IMG/VR virus record: IMGVR_UViG_3300031576_000012
Span: 30,997-94,996 of that record
Origin: a virus
Length of the DNA stretch: 64,000 nucleotides
Direction: 5' to 3' (one strand)
Both the position numbers and the translations under genes were made by a program. Each line of letters begins with the position of its first letter. The stretch's first letter is position 1. Positions 34,876 to 45,334 of this stretch are shown piece after piece. The notes under the pieces are model-generated. The model saw only the letters and a program-made list of their open reading frames with translations. It made no database searches and was not told the DNA's origin.

Positions 34876-35535
34876 ATGGAAGTAATTTGGACAGAGTTTA
34901 AAAAATTTGTGCAAGATAAAGACCTTTCTATCCAATTTGTGGAAGCACAAGGAAATTATCATCTAAAAGCATTTGATGGTTATTTTTCTCTTGATTGTAT
35001 CCTTCCTATTGGGGTGGATAATCCCGATACAAATGACTTTGAAGCTAACTTTAAAGTTGCTGGGAATAAAAAATTAGAACAAAGAAATTCTGATGGGTAT
35101 ATAGTCTCTGCTCCTACTTTTGAAGATGCTCAAGGACTAACTACAGTTTGGAAAGGGCATTTATATACAGCTCAACCAAATTCATTAAATATATATGATG
35201 AAGTAGTTACAACACAGTTAAGGCTCAGAGGAGGTTGGTATAAAGTTTTATCTACAGGAGCTAATATAGGTGATTATGTTGAGTTTTCTATTATTGATAA
35301 AGATAATGTTTTAGGATTGTTTGCTTATTTTGGTCTAACTGTGGGTCAGGATGTATTAGAATTAAAAAAGTTTGTAAAGACAGAATATATTAACCCCTTA
35401 AGCTTGGAACGTCAAGATTTCGTATCTGGGGGGGCTTCGGAGGTAATGGCTGGATTATATTTCAGAACTTATTACTATAACTCAGGTTTAACAGCAGTTA
35501 AATTTTCGGTAATGGAGAAATATCATGAAAATTAA
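34876..35535 (+). CDS. putative virion protein
   Basis: GAGGA RBS; inside the structural operon. Confidence 0.7.
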   Translation: MEVIWTEFKKFVQDKDLSIQFVEAQGNYHLKAFDGYFSLDCILPIGVDNPDTNDFEANFKVAGNKKLEQRNSDGYIVSAPTFEDAQGLTTVWKGHLYTAQPNSLNIYDEVVTTQLRLRGGWYKVLSTGANIGDYVEFSIIDKDNVLGLFAYFGLTVGQDVLELKKFVKTEYINPLSLERQDFVSGGASEVMAGLYFRTYYYNSGLTAVKFSVMEKYHEN

Positions 35536-35683
35536 TATAAATGATAAAGAAGTTGATTTAGTTGTTAATGGAGAAGTCCAAACTGAAGTAGTTAAGAAAG
35601 CAAAACTAATAGATAAGAATATATTAGCTGATGAAGTAGTAAGAAAAGCAAAAGAAAAATTACAATCTGAAGGACAACTATAA
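35525..35683 (+). CDS. 52-aa hypothetical protein
   Basis: Below cutoff: MKININDKEVDLVVNGEV...; GGAG RBS; TAATG-coupled to the next gene. Confidence 0.6.
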   Translation: MKININDKEVDLVVNGEVQTEVVKKAKLIDKNILADEVVRKAKEKLQSEGQL

Positions 35684-35904
35684 TGAGAGTTAAACGATAT
35701 TTCTGGAACATTTTGCTTTCTATAGATCAGTTTTTTAATGCACTAACTGGTGGTGATCCAGATGAAACCATGAGTTCAAGAATTGGAAAGAATAAAGACA
35801 AAAGCAAACTTGCTAGATTTTTGTCTGGATTCTTAGATTTATTTGAATGGAATCATACAGAAAAGTCTATTGAAAAAGACGAAGGTAAGGACGAGTCAGT
35901 TTAA
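35683..35904 (+). CDS. conserved small phage protein
   Basis: DQFFNALTGGDPDETMSSR motif family. Confidence 0.8.
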   Translation: MRVKRYFWNILLSIDQFFNALTGGDPDETMSSRIGKNKDKSKLARFLSGFLDLFEWNHTEKSIEKDEGKDESV

Positions 35905-35923
35905 GTAATTAAATAGAGGAAGC

Positions 35924-36127
35924 ATGAAAATTACTAATACAAAGAAACCTGAACAAGATTTTGGAATTAGGAATGATATTAAAACTGAAATTAGAGTTAG
36001 AAAAAATCAAAAGAATTTTCTAATTAAATTAGTTTTAAGTATATCCTTAGTCAATACTATTTTGTTAGGACTATTATTAGCGACTTCCTGGGAGGGAGTT
36101 GTTCAATGGCTACAAAAGATCTTATAA
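35924..36127 (+). CDS. single-TM protein
   Basis: C-terminal hydrophobic helix. Confidence 0.65.
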   Translation: MKITNTKKPEQDFGIRNDIKTEIRVRKNQKNFLIKLVLSISLVNTILLGLLLATSWEGVVQWLQKIL

Positions 36128-36471
36128 AAAAGCTTACTAATTCTATTAGTGTTAAGCCAGAGCAACTAAAGCCTGCAATAAAAAAACAGGAAGATATGGC
36201 AGAAGTAAAAGTAGTAACCCTAATGAAACAAGAAACTGTTGAAGAAAGGGTTCAAGAGGAAATTGAAGATATTAAGAAGGCTGAAGAAACTCCTGATAGA
36301 CGATATTTTGAAGTTAAAATAAATCGTCTTCAAGAACAACTTTCTGATCTTAATTCCAGATTAGATGATATCTGTTCTAATATGGAACTTTTGTTTGAAC
36401 AACATCATAAATTGGTAGGTTCTTTAGAAAAACCTAAATCATTTTGGAAAAGGCTATTTAAATGGCAATAA
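36106..36471 (+). CDS. coiled-coil protein
   Basis: GGAGGGAG RBS; ends KSFWKRLF. Confidence 0.7.
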   Translation: MATKDLIKKLTNSISVKPEQLKPAIKKQEDMAEVKVVTLMKQETVEERVQEEIEDIKKAEETPDRRYFEVKINRLQEQLSDLNSRLDDICSNMELLFEQHHKLVGSLEKPKSFWKRLFKWQ

Positions 36472-37745
36472 CTATCAGTTTTACATCACCTGCTAACCCT
36501 CCTCATAATATTACTAGTTTTCAAGTAGAACGTAGTAAACGACCTGCTTCTGGTTCTATTGTTCTAGCTGGAGATGTTAACAATGTTTTAAAGGTAGTAA
36601 CAGTAGTATTCTCCGGTCCAGTACCAGCAAATGGTGCTTTAGCTGGTGATCAAATGCATATTGCTGGTTTAGTCTACAGAATTGTAACTAACACCTCAAC
36701 TACGATTACCTTTACTACTGATACTGATTTATCAACAATTACCTCATTCCCCGCTTCTTTTGATATATTGAATGATTTAGCTGAGTTTGGTGAGTTCGAT
36801 GTTATGGGAACCGTAACTCCAGCTCTTCCTTTCAACGCTAATGATGTTCATCAATATACTGACTCTACAGGTACTATCTTCGATTTTTATCGAATTAAGT
36901 CTATAGATTCAGGGGGCAACCTAAGTATTAACTCTCTCTCAGCACCTTTTAGACCTGGACAAGTGGTAACACTTACGGTAACAGATCGAAGGCTAACTCC
37001 TAAAGATTCCTTAAGGGGGATCATTGGTGGTTCAGTTACGTTTGAAGTAGAGGTTATCTTAGGAGGTAGACGGCAAGATCCTAAAGATAATGTAGTCTAT
37101 GCTGATGTATTTATCCCTTCTCAGTTAGCTCCTAATGGTCAATTTATGCTATTAGCTTCTTTACAGATGGCAAGAGTAGGCATGGCCAGATATCAAACAA
37201 CCTGGAACATTCCAGCGTCTATACCAAGTTTAGGTGTAGCTATTATCCCTAGTGATGATTATGTAGTCTCTTATAAGGCTAACTTCATTGGATTAGTCAA
37301 TGCAGCACCTAACAGCTATATTCAATTTGATAGTGAATATTTTTCAATCAATCTTCTAGATGGTCCAGTTCATGGTCGCTTTTCAGCTTATGCAACAATT
37401 GATGATCTAAGAATGACTTTCTTTGAAGTAGATGCATATTTACCTGAAGCTATTAAGAAAACAGATGTTGAAGCTCGTAATAAAGTACTTCAATATCATC
37501 TTGAAACTGCTTCGGATAAGTTAAATGAAGAATTGAATATTCATCAAGTTAGAAGCAACTCTTCTGATAGAAAAGAATATGTTACTGCTAGATCAGTATA
37601 CACTCTTCTTTTAGCAGCTAGAGGACAAAACTCTTCGGCTGTATCTGATGAGTTTGTAAAACAGTGGAAAGAACGAGCTGAATACATTCTTGCTCAGTTA
37701 AAGCGTGAAGGTGTTGCACAAGGAATTCCATTAGGTAGAGGTTAA
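36462..37745 (+). CDS. head-tail adaptor-like protein with N-terminal beta domains
   Basis: C-terminal YATIDDL...ASDKLN helical adaptor-type domain; position in the neck region. Confidence 0.65.
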   Translation: MAITISFTSPANPPHNITSFQVERSKRPASGSIVLAGDVNNVLKVVTVVFSGPVPANGALAGDQMHIAGLVYRIVTNTSTTITFTTDTDLSTITSFPASFDILNDLAEFGEFDVMGTVTPALPFNANDVHQYTDSTGTIFDFYRIKSIDSGGNLSINSLSAPFRPGQVVTLTVTDRRLTPKDSLRGIIGGSVTFEVEVILGGRRQDPKDNVVYADVFIPSQLAPNGQFMLLASLQMARVGMARYQTTWNIPASIPSLGVAIIPSDDYVVSYKANFIGLVNAAPNSYIQFDSEYFSINLLDGPVHGRFSAYATIDDLRMTFFEVDAYLPEAIKKTDVEARNKVLQYHLETASDKLNEELNIHQVRSNSSDRKEYVTARSVYTLLLAARGQNSSAVSDEFVKQWKERAEYILAQLKREGVAQGIPLGRG

Positions 37746-37746
37746 T

Positions 37747-38382
37747 ATGGCTCGTGACATTTCTATCACAGTAACAGGTATAGAAAGTTTAGATGGGCTA
37801 TTAAAAGATTTAGACTCTGCTTTAGAAGCCAATTTATACTTAGGTTTTGAAGCCTATATCAGACAGCAATTAGTTCCTAGAATGAAAAGAAGATTGGCTC
37901 AAGCTACTGAATCAGTATCCCCATCTAATCTAAATCCTAATACAGGACAAGGAACTTCTGGTGGTGGATATGGGGTACCTAAGAATAGTTCTAAATATGC
38001 AGATTGGAAAACTTCCAGATCTAACTTACCTTTAGTAGGTGAGTTAAGTACCAGAGAGTTGGTAGCAACAGGTCACTTTGTTGATTCTATAGATGTTACA
38101 GATACTTTAAGGGGAGAAGGATTCTTTAGTTTTGGAGTTGGGCCTAAGAGTGGAGAAAGACCAACCGCTACTCCTTACTCTGATGACCCAGAAGGTAGTT
38201 TTCAAGCAAATGTTTCTAATAGTGTGGACAACGCAAAATTAGCAGAATGGATAGAAGACTCCAAATATGCATGGTTGGCAAAAGAATATGAAGATGTCTT
38301 AAAAGATGTAGAACCCTTAGTTCTCTATATCCTAAAGACAACTCTAATGGAATTAGCTCAAAAGTATATGAGTGGTAAATAA
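37747..38382 (+). CDS. neck/tail completion protein
   Basis: ITVTGIESL start; LVATGHFVDSI motif (virion morphogenesis family). Confidence 0.65.
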   Translation: MARDISITVTGIESLDGLLKDLDSALEANLYLGFEAYIRQQLVPRMKRRLAQATESVSPSNLNPNTGQGTSGGGYGVPKNSSKYADWKTSRSNLPLVGELSTRELVATGHFVDSIDVTDTLRGEGFFSFGVGPKSGERPTATPYSDDPEGSFQANVSNSVDNAKLAEWIEDSKYAWLAKEYEDVLKDVEPLVLYILKTTLMELAQKYMSGK

Positions 38383-39836
38383 TGGCTAAAAAATTTGTAA
38401 GAATTATTGAAGACATTGAAGAAGCCCTCTCAAGGGAAGTTCGCCATATTATCTTTTGGGAAGGTAGATACCGAGGAGATGATGGAATTGCTTTTAAAGA
38501 ATTATTCTCTCCATTCACAGGTGAGTTGATAAGACAGCCTATTGAACCTCGCTTCTATGATGATTCTGCAGACAGTTTAATAACTACACATCCTCGTTTT
38601 ACTCTACGTCTTTTGAAACTATATGAAGATAGGACGACTAAAAGGGGTACACCTCCTTATGGTGAAGAGTTAGTTTCTTTACTTCCTGGACCAGGTGCGT
38701 ATAAGACTAAGTTTGGTGGGGAAGATGCTAAAACTACTAATGGTGGTGGTGATAGCACAATCGACCTTACACATAGAAAAATTAGAGAAGTTCTAGTGGG
38801 TGATTGGATTAGACTTCTTACTAAGAACAATATTGGCACTTATAGAATAAGTGCTATTACTTTAAACGGAAATGGCCCTCATACTTTAACTTTAAGTAAT
38901 GATTTGCTAACAAACCTGCCTATCTTTAATTATAATAAGAATGCAGGAATTATCGCGTTTAGAGAATTTGTAGATCTAAAAGTAGTAAAAATTGGAGACA
39001 CCATAGTTGATAATACTAGTACTGCTTTTGTTATCACTGCTGTTAATGCTCCAGATTCTACTTTAGCGATTGCTCCAAGTAGTGCTATTGCAAACGGTGC
39101 AAATGCTAAGATTACTAGAATTGGTAACGTTCTTCAAAATGATGATTCAGATGAAAATGTTTGTTACCAACTTTTAGATCCTACACAGCCTATTGCTGAT
39201 AAAGGAACAAGGTACGTAAAAAAGAGTCAATTGATTCCTTATACCTTTCTTTATTATATTAAGATTGTATCTCGTGAGAGAGATGATCATATTGCAGTGG
39301 CTGATAGAATGATGCAAGTATTCAACCCTCCAAGAGGAGCGTTAGGGACTGTAATTCGTTCTCAAGTTTCTGCCCACGGCATTTTGAAAAAAGATGCTAA
39401 TGCAGGAGATAAAATCCTTTATGTAGATGATTCATCTATATTTTATCCTAATGATCGTGTAAGGATTTTAGATAATCTAAGTTCTGGAGAAGAGGCAATC
39501 GTAGACAGTGTTAATAATGTAAGTAATGCTGTTACTATTAGGACTTCTTTAACCGCTTCGTATTCTAAAGATCGTTGTGGTTTACTCGCAAGTAATGTAG
39601 ATTTTTGTGCATTAGAGCGGGATTTTATGAACCATGAAACTGAAGATAAAGAAGATATGCAATTATGGGTTCACAGGTTCACTTTCAGGATAGAAGCCTG
39701 GGTTGAATCTAGGATAGAACCTCTAGAAACAAGCTACCAAGAAACAACGGAGAGGGAAGTTGGAGATGTTAACTACATCAAGGCTTGTTTAGAAAATATG
39801 GATGCGGTTATCTTAGATGAGAACCTCATTACATAA
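38382..39836 (+). CDS. putative tail terminator/neck protein with inserted beta modules
   Basis: Directly before the sheath region; ends FTFRIEAWV; three GD-type beta modules. Confidence 0.6.
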   Translation: MAKKFVRIIEDIEEALSREVRHIIFWEGRYRGDDGIAFKELFSPFTGELIRQPIEPRFYDDSADSLITTHPRFTLRLLKLYEDRTTKRGTPPYGEELVSLLPGPGAYKTKFGGEDAKTTNGGGDSTIDLTHRKIREVLVGDWIRLLTKNNIGTYRISAITLNGNGPHTLTLSNDLLTNLPIFNYNKNAGIIAFREFVDLKVVKIGDTIVDNTSTAFVITAVNAPDSTLAIAPSSAIANGANAKITRIGNVLQNDDSDENVCYQLLDPTQPIADKGTRYVKKSQLIPYTFLYYIKIVSRERDDHIAVADRMMQVFNPPRGALGTVIRSQVSAHGILKKDANAGDKILYVDDSSIFYPNDRVRILDNLSSGEEAIVDSVNNVSNAVTIRTSLTASYSKDRCGLLASNVDFCALERDFMNHETEDKEDMQLWVHRFTFRIEAWVESRIEPLETSYQETTEREVGDVNYIKACLENMDAVILDENLIT

Positions 39837-39848
39837 TGGGAGGGATTA

Positions 39849-40145
39849 ATGAAAAAATACAAAAATGTAAGTGGAACTCCCCTTGCTTTAGATTGTATTA
39901 CTAAAACAGTTTATATGAAACCAGGAGAGGTTTTATCATTACCTCGTTCAAGAGATATAAGATATTACTCTGGTTTAGGTAAATTAGTTTTAATCAAAGA
40001 AAGAAAAATGGAAGTTCCTGTGTTAAATCAGGAACCTATTCAACCTACTCTTCAAGCGCAGGAAGTTCTTAAAAAGAAGAAATCTTCCAAAAGACATGAA
40101 GAGAAGGAAGAAGAAAATTATAACAATAAAATGGAGAATGAATAA
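39849..40145 (+). CDS. hypothetical protein
   Basis: YKNVSG...PGE small pre-sheath protein. Confidence 0.7.
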   Translation: MKKYKNVSGTPLALDCITKTVYMKPGEVLSLPRSRDIRYYSGLGKLVLIKERKMEVPVLNQEPIQPTLQAQEVLKKKKSSKRHEEKEEENYNNKMENE

Positions 40146-42739
40146 TGGCTGATTTGTTAAACACAAATATAGGCCCAGAAAGAGTTGAGGTAATTCCTCA
40201 ACCTATTGGTGTTATTCCTATTCCAGGTGCTCCTACCGCTATTACAGCATTTTTGCTACGTTCTAGCAAAGCAGGCGCTCCTTTGGATACCCCAGTAGAG
40301 ATCCTTAATCTCGAACAGTTCGTAGATCAGTTCGGTGATGAGGATGAGATGGGTCTTGCGTATTATGCCTTGCAGGGTTTTTATGACAATGCAGGCTCAG
40401 GAAATAAAGCCCTTATCATCAATGTATCCCCTACTTCTTCTGGATCTAGCGTTTTCGAACGCGGAGTTGCAGAAGTTGGTTCAGGTGGTTTGATCGAAGA
40501 CGAAAGTGAAATTCTAACTGGCTTGAGTGTATCTTCATACACAGCAGCCACAGGTATTCTAGCTTTTAGCGGATCACCTTCCTTTGCCAATGTACAAGTT
40601 GGAGACTACTTTAAAGATGATAGTGGTCGTTTATATGAAATCTTAGCGTTTAGTGACGCTTTAGATACCCTTGAAATTGCCAAGAATCTTACAACTCATG
40701 CTTCAAACCCTGTTCACTCAGCTGGTGGTTTAGATTTAACCACAACTGCTGGTAAGGTTTTGAGACTATTTGATGCAGATGAACACAATTCAAGAGCACT
40801 AATTCAAGAAGGTGCCGTAAAAGGTGCCGTAACCCTTACAGCAAGCGTAGATCGTCTTGTTACTGCTTTGGCAGGTGGTTTCTTGAATATGGGTGCAAGA
40901 GTCGGTGATTTACTATTGGATAGTGCGTCTGCACTATTTTACATCACCGCAGTACTAGATGACGATAAAGTAGAACTTGATAGAGCAGGTGCAGCTCTTG
41001 GTGCAGCTACAGTAAAAGCTGGGATAATTAATATTATCCAAGACACTAAGAGAAGTTCATCTGACAATGCTTCGGTAACTCCTCAGAATACCTCTGCATT
41101 TTCAAGTTCTGGTGCGGGATTTGCTTTACTTCCTACTTCTGTAGGACCATATCCTGCTGAGTCACTTAATGGGCATTTTATGATTATTAACGCTGTAGAA
41201 AAGGAAATCCTTTCTTCAGATATCGTTGCTAGTGGTACTTTGAACGCATTGTTCGGTACTTCCGTAAATACCCTCGTATATACCTCCGCAACTGGTTTAG
41301 TTCAGTTTGCTGCTGCAGAAGATCTATCTACTGTAAGCCCAGGAGACGTTTGGAGAGACGCTTCAAACAACGACTTCATTATTAACGCTGTTAATGATGC
41401 TGGTGATAATATCACAATTCGTCCTGGTCAGGTGGTAAATACTGCTGTTGGTTCTACAATTCGAGATGGACAATCAAAATTGTACTTCTTGGATACAGCA
41501 TTCAATCCTGGAACCTCAAACGTTCCTACCTTCTTTGAACCTGCCAATGAGTTGGATCTTCCAACCTCGGTAACTGGTTTAGCAGATGATTATTTCGTCG
41601 CTGATGCAGTGGTTCAAGATGCAGACTATATTGGTTCTGCAGCAAATGGTAAAGGGTTACATGCTTTGGATGAAGAGGACGATGTAAATCTAGTCTGCAT
41701 TCCTGAAGTAACCTCTAGAGCAGTTCAAAATGCTCTTATTGACTATTGTGAAGTTCAACGTGATGATTGCTTTGCTTTACTTGCAATCCCACGTAATATT
41801 TCTTCAGCAGTACTAGATAAAACAAAACTAAGCGTATCAGTAAGCACAGTTGTTACTGGCGCAACACAGAGTACAGTTTCACTTTCAGGTAGCCCAAATC
41901 TATCAGAAGTAGCCGTTGGAGATCTTTTAAGCTTCAACTCTGCTAAATATTTGATCACAGATGTTGACGATGACGATAATAAGTTAACCGTTGCTTCTAC
42001 TTCAATTTCTGGTTCAGGTGCTGCTGCAATCGTGGAACCTAGCTCTATTACATATAAAGAGATAATTGTTAATAATCCTAGCAAACGTGCTGCATGGTTC
42101 TTAAACCATCTTCAGATACAAAGACTATCGGATAGTTCAATCGCCGTAGTTGATCCTGTTGGATACGTAGCTGGTGTTATGGCAAGAATGGATGCAAATC
42201 TATCAATCGGGGGTGTAAGTCATGCTCCTGCTGGCTCCCGTTTTGCTGGAATTGCTGGTATCGTAGGATTGGATCTAAAGCTTTCAGAGAAGCAACATGG
42301 TGAAGGGTTAAGAGAAAATTTCATTAACCGTATCACTGAGTTCCCTGGAGCAGGAAGATTGATCTTTGGTGGATATACTGCGGATAGTGGTACATCTCCA
42401 GCATTAACTGCTGAAGAGCAATTGATTCAAGTCATTCGTACAGTTCTCTTTATTAAGAAATCTTTGGAACCAGGGTTGAGAAGCTTCCTTTGGGAAAATT
42501 TCTCTCCTGCTACACAGCTACAGGCTCACAATGCAATTCTTTCTTTCTTAAGAAATAATTCGTATTTGTTTCCTGCAGGGTTGCCAGAGAAAGAGCAATT
42601 TCGAGTTATCAGCGTAACAGCTACTGCTGAAGCTCTAGCTAAGGGTCTTATGAAGTTTAGAGTACAGATTAGACCTAATACAGCTATCAGATTCATTGAG
42701 ATTGCCCTTGAATTCCCAATTCCACAAATACAAGGATAA
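40145..42739 (+). CDS. tail sheath protein (extended)
   Basis: PGAPTAITAF, GLHAL...VNLVCIP, GYVAGVMARMD...HAPAG, IN.I..FPG.G, P....FI C-terminal motifs. Confidence 0.95.
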   Translation: MADLLNTNIGPERVEVIPQPIGVIPIPGAPTAITAFLLRSSKAGAPLDTPVEILNLEQFVDQFGDEDEMGLAYYALQGFYDNAGSGNKALIINVSPTSSGSSVFERGVAEVGSGGLIEDESEILTGLSVSSYTAATGILAFSGSPSFANVQVGDYFKDDSGRLYEILAFSDALDTLEIAKNLTTHASNPVHSAGGLDLTTTAGKVLRLFDADEHNSRALIQEGAVKGAVTLTASVDRLVTALAGGFLNMGARVGDLLLDSASALFYITAVLDDDKVELDRAGAALGAATVKAGIINIIQDTKRSSSDNASVTPQNTSAFSSSGAGFALLPTSVGPYPAESLNGHFMIINAVEKEILSSDIVASGTLNALFGTSVNTLVYTSATGLVQFAAAEDLSTVSPGDVWRDASNNDFIINAVNDAGDNITIRPGQVVNTAVGSTIRDGQSKLYFLDTAFNPGTSNVPTFFEPANELDLPTSVTGLADDYFVADAVVQDADYIGSAANGKGLHALDEEDDVNLVCIPEVTSRAVQNALIDYCEVQRDDCFALLAIPRNISSAVLDKTKLSVSVSTVVTGATQSTVSLSGSPNLSEVAVGDLLSFNSAKYLITDVDDDDNKLTVASTSISGSGAAAIVEPSSITYKEIIVNNPSKRAAWFLNHLQIQRLSDSSIAVVDPVGYVAGVMARMDANLSIGGVSHAPAGSRFAGIAGIVGLDLKLSEKQHGEGLRENFINRITEFPGAGRLIFGGYTADSGTSPALTAEEQLIQVIRTVLFIKKSLEPGLRSFLWENFSPATQLQAHNAILSFLRNNSYLFPAGLPEKEQFRVISVTATAEALAKGLMKFRVQIRPNTAIRFIEIALEFPIPQIQG

Positions 42740-42750
42740 GGAGATAACAC

Positions 42751-43302
42751 ATGGCACGAAGTTCAAAAGTAGATGCTGTCGAAAAATTCCGTTTTACGGT
42801 TTCGTATGATGGCATGACCCGCGCTGGGTTTAGTGAAGTCTCTGTTCCTAAGTATACTGTCACAAAAGGGGAATATAGAGAAGGTAATGCGCCTGACAAC
42901 GTTCAGTTATTTCCAGGTCTTACAAGATGTGAAGATGTTGTAATGTCCCGTGGACTTACAAATAACCAGGATTTCTATGCATGGCTCAAATTAGTATTTG
43001 ATCCAGCACAACTTCCAGGTGGTCTTCCACAAGCAGGACAAGGCCCTGATGCAACACCATTAGGCAATCCTGCTGAATATCGTAAAGATTTGACTATTAC
43101 TTTACATCATCGTAATGGTCAGCCAATTAAACAATGGCTTCTTTACAATGCATGGCCAGTCGCTATGCAACCTGGCTCAGACATGAATGCAACTGAAGAT
43201 GGAGAAAAGTCTCTCGAACAGATTTCGGTCGGTTATGAGAGTTTCGAGGAACTACAAGGTTCTGAGATTTCTGCTCCTTCTGCAGGTTTTGATCAAGAAT
43301 AA
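42751..43302 (+). CDS. major tail tube protein (T4 gp19-like)
   Basis: AGFSEVS, EYREG, PG, RG, YRKDLTI, NAWP; followed by a terminator. Confidence 0.93.
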   Translation: MARSSKVDAVEKFRFTVSYDGMTRAGFSEVSVPKYTVTKGEYREGNAPDNVQLFPGLTRCEDVVMSRGLTNNQDFYAWLKLVFDPAQLPGGLPQAGQGPDATPLGNPAEYRKDLTITLHHRNGQPIKQWLLYNAWPVAMQPGSDMNATEDGEKSLEQISVGYESFEELQGSEISAPSAGFDQE

Positions 43303-43313
43303 TTAAATAAGTT

Positions 43314-43349
43314 GGGGAGAGAGGAGTAAAGCCCTCTCTCCTCCTTATT
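43314..43349 (+). terminator. terminator after the tail tube gene
   Basis: GGGGAGAGAGG...CCTCTCTCCTC 11-bp stem followed by TTATT. Confidence 0.75.
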
Positions 43350-43403
43350 GCTACAAAAGTAGCACAATTGAGATTTTGTTAGATAACTAGCACGAGGTAG
43401 ATA

Positions 43404-44009
43404 ATGGCTAGAAGCTCTTCTGTAGATGCGGTAGAAAAATTTAGATTCTCTGTATTTATATTTAATCTTTCACTAGATCCAGCTTCTTTAGCACAAACCT
43501 TTGCAACAGGGTTTTTAAGAGGTGGTTTTTCGGAGATTACATTACCGAAACAAACTACCACTGTTATGGAGTACAGAGAGAATATTGACTCTGCTCATCC
43601 ACAACTAATCCCTGGACTTACAAAGTATGAACCAATTACCTTTCGAAGAGGGGTAACTAAGAATTCTGATTTTTATAGATGGGCTAACCAAGTTCATGAT
43701 CCTAATCAGATAATTGCTTCGGCAATTCAAAGAATTAAAGGTGTTCCTGATGATGCACCTCCTTCTGAGTCTTTAAACTTTAGAAGGGATGTAATGATTG
43801 TAGCTCATGATAGAACGGGCGAACCTGCAAAAGCATGGTTGATAAGAGATGCCTGGGTTTCCAGCTACAAACCAGGAGACGATTTAGTAGCATCAGAGGA
43901 CTCTGCTAAATTGATTGAAGAAATGGAGCTTCGTTATGAATCTTTTGAAGAGATCACAACAGAGGCTATCATTAGTGGTGGGCTAAATAGTATTTTAGGA
44001 GCTTTATAA
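43404..44009 (+). CDS. tail tube paralog 2 (gp19-like)
   Basis: MARSSSVDAVEKFRF, GGFSEI, EYRE, PGLTKY, FRRG. Confidence 0.9.
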   Translation: MARSSSVDAVEKFRFSVFIFNLSLDPASLAQTFATGFLRGGFSEITLPKQTTTVMEYRENIDSAHPQLIPGLTKYEPITFRRGVTKNSDFYRWANQVHDPNQIIASAIQRIKGVPDDAPPSESLNFRRDVMIVAHDRTGEPAKAWLIRDAWVSSYKPGDDLVASEDSAKLIEEMELRYESFEEITTEAIISGGLNSILGAL

Positions 44010-44010
44010 T

Positions 44011-44568
44011 ATGCCTCGTAGTGGTGGGTTTGATCCCTTAGATAAGTTTCGCTGGAAGATATACGTAGTTGGACCAGCTGGTGCCAATTGGATTAGAGCA
44101 GGATTCGCTTCTTGTTCTTCCCCAGGTATCACTATCCTATACGAAAGCTATCCTGAAGGTGGAAGCCATATGAATCCAAGGAAGATTCATCAAGGTGCTA
44201 CTTTTAAGGCCATTACTCTTACAAGAGGAGTGGTTGCTAAAGCAGGCAATGATGACTTTGCTAGATGGATGTATGATGCGTATAATGCAATGGCTCCAGA
44301 AACAAGCGCAATAAAAACACCTAATTATAGGACAGATATTGTTATTGAACATCTTGACAGAGATGCTTCAGTTGTTAAACGATGGTATCTGAGGAACTGT
44401 GTTCCAACAAGTTATGAACCAGCTTCAGATTTTGAAGCAAAGGATGATAACGCAGTTTCAATAGAAACTCTCACATTTGAATATGAAGGCTTTGAAGAGG
44501 AAAGACCTAATAGCCTCATAAGTGATGTAGGGGATTTTTACAGACGGTTTTCAAGAGGAATTTTTTAA
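44011..44568 (+). CDS. tail tube paralog 3 (gp19-like)
   Basis: DPLDKFRW, AGFASCS, YPEGG, ITLTRG, IETLTFEYEG. Confidence 0.9.
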   Translation: MPRSGGFDPLDKFRWKIYVVGPAGANWIRAGFASCSSPGITILYESYPEGGSHMNPRKIHQGATFKAITLTRGVVAKAGNDDFARWMYDAYNAMAPETSAIKTPNYRTDIVIEHLDRDASVVKRWYLRNCVPTSYEPASDFEAKDDNAVSIETLTFEYEGFEEERPNSLISDVGDFYRRFSRGIF

Positions 44569-44593
44569 TCAGGGTATATAGGGAGGAAAATAT

Positions 44594-45334
44594 ATGCTTA
44601 TAGAGTTACCTTGTGGAATTTTACATAATGATGTTGTATTTGATCGGGTAGTCGTAAAGGAACTTACAGGTCGGCAACAAAACTACTTAATCAACATGGA
44701 GTTAGTTGCAAACAACCTTGGGCACATTCCCAAGCTTTTAGAAGATCTAACTTTTCAGTTTCAAACTGCAGAAGGAAGACCTCTAGAACTGCCTGTAAAG
44801 GAAGCTATTTGGCAGCTTTCTTCAGAAGATGTTGAATTTATTCTTTTGAAGATAAGAGAAGAGACATATGGTTCAGTACTGGCTTTGCCCGTAACTTGTC
44901 CACATTGCTCTAAATCTCAATTGAAGAAAGTAGATTTAGACAAGCTTGATGTAATAAAGCTTAAGGATAAGAAAGTCAGAACCAAATTAGTTGAGCTTCC
45001 GAAATCCAAGCAAACTGCTGAAGTTAAATTGCTCTACCTTAAAGATCTATTTGATCTCTATAAGGCTTTAAGAGAGAAGCAAACTACATTGTATACGTCC
45101 TCGCTGGCGTTATCAGTGCAGAAACTTGGAGATAAGTCACCAATCAATGAGGAGGATTTAATGAATCTTCCTGTTAAAGATTTACAACTTATCGAAAAGG
45201 CATTTGGAGATTTAAGGAGTTCAGTGGACACCTTAATTACAAATGAGTGCGAGGGATGCCAGAAAGAGTTCGATGTGGCTCTTCCGGTAATGGACCCAAG
45301 TTTTTTCGTCCAACCTCAGACCCCCACAACATAA
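44594..45334 (+). CDS. tail assembly chaperone / T4 gp26-like hub assembly protein
   Basis: IELPCG, CPHC and CEGC zinc sites; sits between the tubes and the tape measure. Confidence 0.8.
   Translation: MLIELPCGILHNDVVFDRVVVKELTGRQQNYLINMELVANNLGHIPKLLEDLTFQFQTAEGRPLELPVKEAIWQLSSEDVEFILLKIREETYGSVLALPVTCPHCSKSQLKKVDLDKLDVIKLKDKKVRTKLVELPKSKQTAEVKLLYLKDLFDLYKALREKQTTLYTSSLALSVQKLGDKSPINEEDLMNLPVKDLQLIEKAFGDLRSSVDTLITNECEGCQKEFDVALPVMDPSFFVQPQTPTT
45301..45307 (+). other. -1 ribosomal frameshift slippery site T TTT TTC
   Basis: X XXY YYZ heptamer in frame (AGT TTT TTC); the -1 frame is open to 45513. Confidence 0.8.
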